The position numbers and the translations under genes were made by a program. DNA of 63,957 bases, counting the filler, from Octopus bimaculoides (Eukaryota): the NCBI RefSeq assembly GCF_001194135.2. It is 7 parts of 7 records of this genome, joined end to end, with 100 filler letters (N's around TTAATTAATTAA, not from the genome) between each part and the next. Parts side by side here need not be neighbours in the genome. Positions count along the whole stretch, not along the records: positions 17,540 to 32,043 come from NC_069009.1; positions 32,144 to 37,126 come from NC_068990.1; positions 37,227 to 43,303 come from NC_069004.1; 4 more parts are not named here. One strand, given 5' to 3'. Positions 26,988 through 37,280 of the stretch are shown here, in pieces. Below the pieces are notes generated by a model. The model saw only the letters and a list, made by a program, of their open reading frames with translations. It made no database searches and was not told the origin of the DNA. Numbering within the stretch: the stretch's first letter is position 1; the number at the start of each line of letters is the position of its first letter.

Positions 26988-27867
26988 CGGAGGGGAGCTT
27001 TCTTGATACACTCCCATGGTCATTCATGACCAAATGGGGTTTTTATTCTATTAAGGTATCAGAAAAGCTGACATCTCGACNNNNNNNNNNNNNNNNNNNN
27101 NNNNNNNNNNNNNNNNNNNNNNNNNNNNNNNNNNNNNNNNNNNNNNNNNNNNNNNNNNNNNNNNNNNNNNNNNNNNNNNNNNNNNNNNNNNNNNNNNNNN
27201 NNNNNNNNNNNNNNNNNNNNNNNNNNNNNNNNNNNNNNNNNNNNNNNNNNNNNNNNNNNNNNNNNNNNNNNNNNNNNNNNNNNNNNNNNNNNNNNNNNNN
27301 NNNNNNNNNNNNNNNNNNNNNNNNNNNNNNNNNNNNNNNNNNNNNNNNNNNNNNNNNNNNNNNNNNNNNNNNNNNNNNNNNNNNNNNNNNNNNNNNNNNN
27401 NNNNNNNNNNNNNNNNNNNNNNNNNNNNNNNNNNNNNNNNNNNNNNNNNNNNNNNNNNNNNNNNNNNNNNNNNNNNNNNNNNNNNNNNNNNNNNNNNNNN
27501 NNNNNNNNNNNNNNNNNNNNNNNNNNNNNNNNNNNNNNNNNNNNNNNNNNNNNNNNNNNNNNNNNNNNNNNNNNNNNNNNNNNNNNNNNNNNNNNNNNNN
27601 NNNNNNNNNNNNNNNNNNNNNNNNNNNNNNNNNNNNNNNNNNNNNNNNNNNNNNNNNNNNNNNNNNNNNNNNNNNNNNNNNNNNNNNNNNNNNNNNNNNN
27701 NNNNNNNNNNNNNNNNNNNNNNNNNNNNNNNNNNNNNNNNNTCATCATGATCATAGGCACTGGAATGGTTGTGTGGTAAGAAGCTTGTTTCCCCACCACA
27801 TGGTTTTGGGTTCAGTCCCACTGCATGGTACCTTCTTTTCAGGGGCTGAATAACATCTCTTCTTGAT

Positions 27868-28105
27868 TCTATATACATTATTTACATTTGATGGATATTT
27901 GTCCTCATCTTTTTTTGTTGTTAACACGTTTTGGCTGATATACCCTCCAGCCTTCATCAGATGTCTTGGGGGAAATTTCAAACCTGGGCTCGTTTCTAAG
28001 GTATTTTTCGATGTTATTATTATTATTATTCAGGTCACTGCTTGGAATCGAACTTGGAACCTTGGGGTTAGTAGCCTGCCCTCTTAACCACTATGCCATA
28101 TGCCC
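27868..28105 (-). mobile_element. tRNA-headed short retroelement with (AAT)n and a hammerhead-ribozyme tail
   Basis: A box TGGCATAGTGG (28088-28098) and B box GTTCGATTC (28045-28053), then (AAT)n, then a tail homologous to 36310-36470 containing CTGATGA-A-GGCTG-loop-CAGCC-AAAACGT. Confidence 0.8.
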
Positions 28106-28159
28106 ATGTAAATAGTCTCTCCTTCTCATGTTCCCTCCTCCATCCTTTTCCCAGTTTCC

Positions 28160-28990
28160 AAAGTTGGCACTGTAAATGTAGGCACTTTGAAAGGTAGGGC
28201 TAGCAAGATTGTAGAAATGGTTGAACTGAGACGTGTTGATGTATGGGAGAGGAGCTTCAGCCAAAGTCCTCACAGGCAGAGCACATAGGTATAAACTGTT
28301 CTGGGAAGGTAACAGTAATGGAATAGAGGGTGTGGGTATATTTCTTGCAGAGAAATGGGTGGATAAAATCAGAGGTAAGGTAGTCAGGGTGTGCGATAGA
28401 GGCTAGTCTTGCAGAATCTTAATAGCTACAGTTATCTCTGCCAATGCCCCACAAGCGGGTTTACCAAAGGAACAGGATCACTTCTATGATTTTCTTCTGC
28501 AGGCTACCTCAAAGATGAGTGACAACGATCTCATCTTTGTGGCTGGAGATTTTAACCCATTACCTCCCATAATTCTATTAACAGGAATCTTTTTTATGAA
28601 ACTTTGATTTCTAGCATAAAACAGCCTTAGAAACATGCTGGAATGATCAAAATAATATTTTAAATAGAAATAAGCGAGATATTGGGTGAAAAATTAGCAA
28701 ACCCCCTTTGAATATCAGAGAAATATACCTAGTAGATATACCAAAAAGGTTAGATATGTGTAAATATTGACAGATAATTAGGAAATTTGTAATTTTTAAG
28801 TGATCTCATATGAGATCACTGGTAGGTAATGGGTTAATGGGCATGTCGGACAGCAACTTGGTATTTTCCATGGTGTACATGGGGGCCATGGAATTGGTTC
28901 CTGAAATGAAGAGGGAACTAGGCTCCTGGAGTTTTGCGATACAAATAACCTATTGATCTGCAACACCAACTTCAGGAAGCTGTCTATCAC
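28160..28990 (+). pseudogene. RTE-clade LINE apurinic endonuclease remnant (split by a MITE)
   Basis: KVGTVNVGTLKGR, YKLFWEGN...GVGIFLAEKW, ISANAPQ, VAGDFN|GHVG and RLLEFCDTNNLLICNTNFRK motifs. Confidence 0.88.
28556..28833. mobile_element. piggyBac-type MITE (278 bp)
   Basis: TTAA at 28552-28555 and 28834-28837. TIR CCCATTACCT(C/A)CC. Removing it restores GDFNGHVG. Confidence 0.85.
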
Positions 28991-29305
28991 AAAATGAAAG
29001 CAAAATCATTAGGAGGAAGAATTTTTATTAATCAAACAAAAGTAAAGTACAACGACAAAAGTTGTAAGCACTTGTGAAGTTTTAATAAATAGAGTTATGT
29101 GAGACAGACGAACAGACATGTAATTTAAAAAAGAAAATAATTCTCAACAAAGTTTTTTTTGCGAAAAATTGCACAAAACTGTCCTGATCAAGATGCCTAT
29201 CTATCGGGGAAGACATGGTCTGACATAGAATAAACTAAAATTCATATAAGACATTCTATTGTAAAAATCGTCCGGCCACAACAGGCTATTCAGCTAGTAT
29301 ATATA

Positions 29306-29840
29306 TAAGGGGGTATCCAAAAGTAATCAGAAATTTTCTCTGTGGGACAAGCCTATTGTAGTTCATGCATCCGCCACTAGAAGTCACTTGATGCAATCTT
29401 CAGTCACCAGTCTGCTGCCCAGCAGCATTGTGGGTAGTCATATTGTCACATGGGCCATCTTCCATTTTGCAGTGCTTCTATATCTGTTCATTGATTTTTT
29501 TGCGACAGCTGAAATGAAGGAACGGCGTGCTTCTGTGAAATTCTGTTTTCTGCTGGGGAAATGCCAACTGAAACAGTTGCCATACTTCAAACAACTCACA
29601 AGGATGCTGCCTTGAATAAAACACAAGTTTACGAGTAGCTTCCACACTTTAGGAATGGTCACTTGTCGCTTGAAGACCAACTTCAATCAGGACTGACCTC
29701 CCAAACAAATGAAAACATCATGAAAATTCATGAACTGATCTTGGGGAGCTGTCACCGAACAATTGATGAACTTGTTGATATGACTGGTGTGACCTGGTGC
29801 TCCTGCCAATGTATGTTGAGCAAGGAATTGCAAATGGAAA
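29306..29840 (+). pseudogene. Mariner 5' end and N-terminal HTH remnant
   Basis: TIR-like aagggggtatccaaaagt. MKERRASVKFCFLLGK and SLEDQLQSG...RTIDELVDMTGVTW. Confidence 0.75.
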
Positions 29841-29949
29841 ATCAAGAGCAGTCACAATTGAATGGGTGAATTACTGTTTTGTTCAAATTCCTCAATATCT
29901 TAAGGTTTCTTGTTTTATTTCAGAGTATCATACAATTATTCTTTCATTT

Positions 29950-30592
29950 TTTTTCACTTGTTTCAGTCACTTCACCGTGACCATGCTAGAGCACCACCTT
30001 TTAGTTGAAGAAATCAACTCCTGAACTTATTCTATCGGTCTCTTTTGCCAAACCACTAACTTACACGGGTGTAAACACACCAGCATCGGTTGTCAAGCGA
30101 TGTTGGGGGGGACAAACACAGACACACAAACATATACACACACACACATACATATATCTTATGATATTTACTTTGTTTTATATTATACTCATTGATTGTG
30201 CTTTTAATTATTAATTTTTCTACATGTGATAGTGGATTTTCATCGATGAGTTCTTGAAACTTGGTTCTTTTCCCTAAAACTATATATTTTTATATATATA
30301 TTTTAATCTATAAAGCTCAATTTAATTTTAATTTTTTATAAATTGATTTTAATTGAGTTTTGACCTGTAATTTTGGATTTTGTCCCTAATATTATTATTA
30401 TTATATATATATATGTATATATATATACATATATACGACGAGCTTCTTTCAGTTTCCGTCTACCAAATCCACTCACAAGGCTTTGGTTGGCCCGAGGCTA
30501 TAGTAGAAGACACTTGCCCAAGGTGCCACGCAGTGGGACAGAACCCGGAACCATGTGGTTCATAAGCAAGCTACTTACCACACAGCCATGCC
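29950..30592 (-). mobile_element. SINE family E with an expanded or interrupted internal microsatellite
   Basis: Head at 30430-30592 and tail at 29950-30140, separated by about 270 bp of AT-rich DNA. Compare the compact copy at 55643-56041. Confidence 0.8.
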
Positions 30593-30752
30593 TGGGCCCT
30601 TGTTGACGTAACAAATTCTTTACATTAGATGTATCAATATTTTTATCAACTTTTATTGACTAAAGGAAGCTGATATATCTATAAGGAGCATTCATCAATG
30701 CATTAACCTTTTTATATAAAGAAAATCTATGGCAAACAGTGGCAGAATATTG

Positions 30753-31910
30753 TTAGTTAGGAATGCATAAATGTTTAGCTCTCCTTCGAGAGAATGATTT
30801 ACCACAGGTATTACAATGGTATGGCTTCTCTCCTGTATGTGTACGTTTGTGTTTTGTCAAGTTACTGCTTAGAGAGAACGATGTGCCGCAGATATCACAG
30901 CGATATGGCCTATCCCCTGAATGAATGTGTTTGTGTTTACTGAAATAACTACCATCAGAGAATGATTTACCACAGATTTCACAACGATATGGCTTCTCAC
31001 CTGTATGAGTACGTTTGTGTTTAACCAAATTACCTCTCTGAGAGAATAATTTACCACAGATATCACAGCGATATGGTTTTTCCCCAGTATGAATACGTTT
31101 GTGAATAGTCAAGTGACTACCTGTAGCGAAGGATATACCACATATATCACATCGATATGGCTTCTCACCTGTATGAATGCGTTTGTGTTTAGTTAAAACA
31201 CCATTTTCAGAGAATGATGTACCACACACATCACAGCAATATGGCTTCTCACCTGTATGAATGCGTTTGTGTTTCGCTAAAACAGTATACTGAGTAAATG
31301 ATTTACCACAGATGTCACAACGGAATGGCTTCTCCCCCGTATGTGTACGTTTGTGTTTAGTCAAGTTACCGCTTACAGAGAATGATGTACCACAGATGTC
31401 ACAGTGATATGGCTTCTCTCCTGTATGCATACGTCTGTGTTTAGTTAAATGAACAGACTGTGAAAATGATTTTCCACAGACATCACAGCAGTACGGCTTA
31501 TCTCCTGAATGAATGCGTTTGTGTTTAGTGAAATAACTGCCATCAGAGAATGATTTACCACAGATTTCACAATGATAGGGCTTCTCTCCTGTATGAATAT
31601 ATTTATGTGTAACAAAGTTACCTCTAAGAGAGAATGATTTGCCACAGATATCACAGTGATAGTCTTTATCTCCTGTGTGCGTGTGTTTGTGTTTTGTTAG
31701 GTGTTCATTTCGACGGAATGATTTTCCACAAATATCACAGGAATATGGCTTATCTCCTGCATGAATACATTCGTGCCTAGTCAAGCTATCTCTTTCAGAG
31801 AATGCTTCATCACAGACATCACACTGGTACGATGATTCTCCTTCCTCTTCCTTTAAATCACAAACAACATCAGTCTTTTCAGACGTGTTATTACATAATT
31901 TTCCTTCCAT
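30753..31910 (-). CDS. C2H2 zinc-finger protein 3 (385 aa, 12 complete fingers plus 1 degenerate)
   Basis: Uninterrupted ORF with no Ns. Same leader as ZNF1 and ZNF2. Upstream 31911-32043 is near-identical to 23377-23509. Confidence 0.93.
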   Translation of the reverse strand: MEGKLCNNTSEKTDVVCDLKEEEGESSYQCDVCDEAFSERDSLTRHECIHAGDKPYSCDICGKSFRRNEHLTKHKHTHTGDKDYHCDICGKSFSLRGNFVTHKYIHTGEKPYHCEICGKSFSDGSYFTKHKRIHSGDKPYCCDVCGKSFSQSVHLTKHRRMHTGEKPYHCDICGTSFSVSGNLTKHKRTHTGEKPFRCDICGKSFTQYTVLAKHKRIHTGEKPYCCDVCGTSFSENGVLTKHKRIHTGEKPYRCDICGISFATGSHLTIHKRIHTGEKPYRCDICGKLFSQRGNLVKHKRTHTGEKPYRCEICGKSFSDGSYFSKHKHIHSGDRPYRCDICGTSFSLSSNLTKHKRTHTGEKPYHCNTCGKSFSRRRAKHLCIPN

Positions 31911-33039
31911 AGTTTTCCTCCTCTTTTCTACAATATACAGGTGTTTTCCGTGTTTCTGTTCTTTTTAGATATCGATACTAATAGACACCAAAGATTCGTT
32001 ATATGAAGAACATTTTCTTTTAGTCTTTAAAAGATGATGTACCNNNNNNNNNNNNNNNNNNNNNNNNNNNNNNNNNNNNNNNNNNNNTTAATTAATTAAN
32101 NNNNNNNNNNNNNNNNNNNNNNNNNNNNNNNNNNNNNNNNNNNAACAAATCAGCCACGTCGAAAAGACGTCCACATGAAATGAATTAGGCTGACTCTTAG
32201 CACAAGATGGAAAAAAAGAGTTGGTGTATAACGTTTCGAGCATGGCCTGAAGAGAAGGAAAAAACAGTCCAAGAAAAGCTGGTGTGTGGTTACATGGCTG
32301 AAGAATGAAGGTCAAGCATGATGATAAGGAATGAGTGAATGAGAGGAGGTGTAAGGTAAGGAAAGAAGAAGAAAACAAGATAAGAGAACTGAAGTAAAGT
32401 GAAGTAAAAGAGTCAAGGACGAATGAAAATGATTCACAATCAAAGATACAACAACAACGTACTCCGAGGGAATTCAATGGGTCGCGTAATTCAAGGGTAG
32501 GATAATCGGTGTAAGGAAATCCAAGAATTAGGTACTCCAAATCTTCGCCGGGAGGACGGAAAAGGTACTTAATACACACACACATCAGAGCGAGTCTTCT
32601 TCTTCTGCTAAATTAGATAGATAGACAGACATACAGACAGATAGATAGATAGATTCTTGATTAACCAAAATTATTTCCATCTCTAAAGGATGTATCACAG
32701 TAACCAAACGTTAATGAAGACCGACTCCACTTGAGTCATGTTAACTACAAAGTTAACATGACATTGAGGAAGAAAAGAACAAGTCTATTGCTTGAAGAAA
32801 AGAGGACAGTCGTTCACACATGTCTCTGGCACAGTAACCGTATCCAGTTCGAGAGTTGTCCAAAATTATCCCTGGCAGTCAAGGGACACAAACATATACA
32901 TAGAGAGTAGAAGACATTTAAGGCCCGGGTAATTTGCATAAGGCGGGCAAAAACTGAGTCAAGAGAAATAACTCAGATTAGACGGATATGAATAATATAA
33001 ACAAATGTATTTAGATCAAATTACCAAATGCTTTTCTTT

Positions 33040-33310
33040 TATTCATTTACTTGGTTCAGTCATGTGACTGCAGCCATACTGGAGCACCGCCTTAAAAAGT
33101 TTTAGTTGAAGAAATCGACCCCACGACTTATTCTTTGTAGGCCTAGTACTTATTCTCTCTCTTTCTTTTGCCGAACCGCTAGTTACGAGGACATAAACAC
33201 GCCAGCATTGGTTGTCAAGTGATAGAGGACGTGGGGGGGNNNNNNNNNNAGGATGTGGGGGGGGGGACCACAAACACAAAGACACACACATATATACATG
33301 CGTGCGTGTG
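33040..33310 (-). mobile_element. SINE family E, 3' portion
   Basis: Homologous to 55643-55870. Confidence 0.75.
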
Positions 33311-33397
33311 TGTGTGTATGTGTATGTGTGTATGTGTGTCTGTGTGTCTGTGTGCGCGCGTATGTGTGTGCATTTTATGTATGCATGTATAAAAGCG

Positions 33398-33507
33398 TCG
33401 AGCTGGCAGACTCGTTAGCGCGCCGGGTAGAAAGCTTAGCGGCATTTCGTTCGTCTTTACGTTCTGAGTTCAAATTCAGCAGAGGTCGACTTTGCTTTTC
33501 ATCCTTG
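33398..33507 (+). mobile_element. SINE family B head
   Basis: cgagctggcag...gagttcaaattcagcagaggtcgactttgcttttcatcc. Confidence 0.8.
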
Positions 33508-33849
33508 CAAGAAGTACCATCTACACAGACACAAACACACACAGCACCACCACCACCACCCACATAAACACTTGAGTGTTACTTGCCAAGTGATGGGCAA
33601 CTTTGGCAATATACTTTTGCCACCATAGGTAGTATCAGGAAATATGGCATACACACAATAATAATTATAATTTAGTTTGTATGAAATTTCCTGGTGCTTA
33701 TACAAAATGATTAAATGAATGCTAGTTTTCAAACTAAAAATATTTATTACTTTGAAATAAAATGAAATAAAATAAATTTCTCATTTATATATTTGTAATA
33801 TACAGGCTCAGAATAGACTTTAGAGAGAGAAGGGAAGAGAGAGGGGGGA

Positions 33850-33887
<38 letters not shown>

Positions 33888-33888
<1 letters not shown>

Positions 33889-33999
33889 GTCGTGAGCAGC
33901 ACCGACGTCTGCGGGTGTGGTACAGCTACGAAAACCAAATCTGTCGCTCACAGCCCGACAAGAACGAAATCATTCTAATTAAAACAGCATATGGTAAGT
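33888..33999 (+). other. Candidate first exon ending ATG|GTAAGT
   Basis: Unique CpG-containing sequence after (GA)n, with a perfect donor directly after the ATG at 33991-33993. Confidence 0.3.
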
Positions 34000-34803
34000 T
34001 TGCTGATTTACGTAAAGTTTGGTCAAGCTGAAGTATTTTCTCCTATGGCAGTTTCTGCAGCAGAGGGTTTAATCACGTCCGAATGCACTCGATCGTGTTA
34101 AATATGAGTTTATACTTTACATGAATATGATGATAATAATAATAATAACTATAATTATAATAAGANNNNNNNNNNNNNNNNNNNNNNNNNNNNNNNNNNN
34201 NNNNNNNNNNNNNNNNNNNNNNNNNNNNNNNNNNNNNNNNNNNNNNNNNNNNNNNNNNNNNNNNNNNNNNNNNNNNNNNNNNNNNNNNNNNNNNNNNNNN
34301 NNNNNNNNNNNNNNNNNNNNNNNNNNNNNNNNNNNNNNNNNNNNNNNNNNNNNNNNNNNNNNNNNNNNNNNNNNNNNNNNNNNNNNNNNNNNNNNNNNNN
34401 NNNNNNNNNNNNNNNNNNNNNNNNNNNNNNNNNNNNNNNNNNNNNNNNNNNNNNNNNNNNNNNNNNNNNNNNNNNNNNNNNNNNNNNNNNNNNNNNNNNN
34501 NNNNNNNNNNNNNNNNNNNNNNNNNNNNNNNNNNNNNNNNNNNNNNNNNNNNNNNNNNNNNNNNNNNTTACTTCAATTGGCAATAATAATAAAGGATGAG
34601 AGGGAGAGGTGGTGGTGGTGGAAGAGAGCAGAACAGAGATAGAGAGAGACAGACAGACATAGGCAGAGAGCAGAGTGAATAAGGAGAAAGAGGATAAAAG
34701 AAGGGAGTTGGGAGAGAGAGAGGGGGGATGGGGGAGAGGAAAGAGGGAGAAAATGAGAGGCGAGAGACAGACAGAGAAGCAAAAAGAGAGGCGGGAGCAG
34801 AAG

Positions 34804-34847
<44 letters not shown>

Positions 34848-35232
34848 GGAGGAGATGGAGAAAGAGAATGTGAGAGAGAGTGCGAAAGAGAAAAAAACAG
34901 TTCTGTTAGTTAAACCAATTTGTCTTATCAATCTCATCGATATTTTCCGATTGTTTTAAATAAATGCTTCGATTTCTCATATTTGTTTATTTTGTGGTTG
35001 TTTTAGTTGTTATCCAATACTGCAGCAGACAAAAAGCTGTTTATGATTGATTTCTGTTCTTCAAATTCTTCGTTGAGAAAATCAATAACAGCGTTGATGT
35101 AGATGTGACGAAAACTGAGCAGATACGGAATCTCGGGTAGTAAATATATCGCCATTTCTGCAACACTTGTTGCCGTTGCTGCTGCTGCTGCTGCTGCTGT
35201 TGTTGTTGTTGTTGTTGTTGTTCTTGTTCTTG

Positions 35233-35263
<31 letters not shown>

Positions 35264-35605
35264 AAGTGATGGTGATGCTGTTGTTGCTATTGGTGGTAGT
35301 ATTGTTGCTGTTGTTGTTATTGGTGTTGGAGAAACCCCAGTTCTGTGAGCTGAGCGGTGTGGGGAGTGCTAAAGATGCTGAGAAAGGATGCCACGAAAAA
35401 GGTGACGCTATGCATAATTTCAGGCCCATGACCCCGTTAAGTGCAGAGTTCTTAGGGTTTTGACCCATGTCTAAGATTTTTAGCAATTAGGTTGGCACTT
35501 GTCAGAGGTTTGCTTGGGAAAGTTCAAGCCCACGCGACCCCCTATAGATCCACGATTTACGTTATTCACTTTTGACGGATATTTGCCCTCATCATGTTTG
35601 TTGTT

Positions 35606-35651
35606 AACACAACGTTTCGGTTGATATGTTCTCCAGCCTTCATCAGGTGTC
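35606..35651 (-). ncRNA. Minimal type I hammerhead ribozyme (putative)
   Basis: Identical over 46 nt to 36363-36408. Confidence 0.7.
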
Positions 35652-35698
35652 TTGGGGAAATTTTGAACTTGGGTTCTCATTCCTAAGGTCTTTTTCGA

Positions 35699-35755
<57 letters not shown>

Positions 35756-36225
35756 TATTATTATCATCATCATCATCATCNNNNNNNNNNNNNNNNNNNN
35801 NNNNNNNNNNNNNNNNNNNNNNNNNNNNNNNNNNNNNNNNNNNNNNNNNNNNNNNNNNNNNNNNNNNNNNNNNNNNNNNNNNNNNNNNNNNNNNNNNNNN
35901 NNNNNNNNNNNNNNNNNNNNNNNNNNNNNNNNNNNNNNNNNNNNNNNNNNNNNNNNNNNNNNNNNNNNNNNNNNNNNNNNNNNNNNNNNNNNNNNNNNNN
36001 NNNNNNNNNNNNNNNNNNNNNNNNNNNNNNNNNNNNNNNNNNNNNNNNNNNNNNNNNNNNNNNNNNNNNNNNNNNNNNNNNNNNNNNNNNNNNNNNNNNN
36101 NNNNNNNNNNNNNNNNNNNNNNNNNNNNNNNNNNNNNNNNNNNNNNNNNNNNNNNNNNNNNNNNNNNNNNNNNNNNNNNNNNNNNNNNNNNNNNNNNNNN
36201 NNNNNNNNNNNNNNNNNNNNNNNNN

Positions 36226-36293
<68 letters not shown>

Positions 36294-36362
36294 CAACAAC
36301 AACAACAACAATAACATCGAAAAAGACCTTAGGAGTGAGAACCCAGGTTCAAATTTCTCCAA

Positions 36363-36408
36363 GACACCTGATGAAGGCTGGAGAACATATCAACCGAAAC
36401 GTTGTGTT
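36363..36408 (+). ncRNA. Minimal type I hammerhead ribozyme (putative)
   Basis: GACAC-CUGAUGA-A-GGCUG-loop-CAACC-GAA-ACGU-U|GUGUU. Helix I is GACAC/GUGUU, helix II has one mismatch, helix III is the palindrome ACGU. Predicted cleavage after 36403. Confidence 0.7.
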
Positions 36409-36805
36409 AACAACAAACATGATGAGGGCAAATATCCGTCAAATGTAAACAATGTACATAATTCCTCATTTGTTTTTCTCAAATATAGAACTGAACCCCT
36501 ATAGATCCATCTTTGACAATCTCCACTTCATGGAGTATATCATAGTTGAGACAGGAAACAAACCTCGCTTTGGTGAGGCCCTAATCGATTTCAATCAGTC
36601 GAAAGCTTTCGACAGGATTGATCATCACTATTTGGCTGCAGTCCTAAAACTAATCGGTTTCGGACTTCTATTTAAAGGCTGGATCGCAGCAATGCGCAAA
36701 TGGCAATTGTTCGATGGTCAGAGCAAGAAGATACTTCTCTGGACCGTTTCATGCTGCGCACTCGGTTTTCAAAGTACGGCAACAGGGCATTTATTATTAT
36801 TATCA

Positions 36806-36843
<38 letters not shown>

Positions 36844-36844
36844 G

Positions 36845-37126
36845 TTGTTCAGTAGTTTTATTTTTATAACGTGCTTTCACTTCACTACCGAGCGCAGCTC
36901 TGTGTGCCTTGGGTATGTGCTGTGGTTTGCTGTGGTGCTCTTATGGTGACTGTATTGAAAGTGTTTTGTGTAGGATGTGTGCAGTGCCCAGTAGTGCAAT
37001 TTTCTGTATGTTATATATATATTTGTAAGTCCTGGTGTTTTTGTTATGTATTTGTCTGAATATTTTTTAATTATACCTAAGGCACCTACTATGATAGGAA
37101 TTGTTTCTATTTTTAGATTCCACATT
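36845..37126 (-). pseudogene. R4/Dong-clade element 3' end with (AAT)n tail
   Basis: MWNLKIETIPIIVGALGIIKKY..., then a frameshifted segment resembling IQKIALLGTAHIL, ending in (AAT)n at 36790-36845. Confidence 0.8.
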
Positions 37127-37226
37127 NNNNNNNNNNNNNNNNNNNNNNNNNNNNNNNNNNNNNNNNNNNNTTAATTAATTAANNNNNNNNNNNNNNNNNN
37201 NNNNNNNNNNNNNNNNNNNNNNNNNN

Positions 37227-37280
<54 letters not shown>

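Larger units (their letters stand above)
35553..36495. mobile_element. Inverted pair of hammerhead-bearing tails around (ATT)n-gap-(AAT)n, with 14-bp TSD
   Basis: Arms about 35553-35705 (-) and 36310-36470 (+). TSD cccctatagatcca at 35539-35552 and 36496-36509. Confidence 0.88.
35345..36710 (+). pseudogene. L1/Tx1-like reverse transcriptase remnant (35345-35552 and 36496-36710), split by an insertion
   Basis: NFRPMTPLSAEF...SKILAIRL...QAHATPYRS|IFDNLHFM...QSKAFDRIDHHYL is continuous once 35553-36495 and one TSD copy are removed. Confidence 0.85.

Noticed and set aside
32228-32260. TCGAAACGT (minus strand) near CTGAAGA (plus strand)
   Set aside because: The two core halves are on opposite strands.
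35000-35160. Minus-strand frame MAIYLLPEIPYLLSFRHIYINAVIDFLNEEF...
   Set aside because: Short, no recognised motif and no convincing splice pair.
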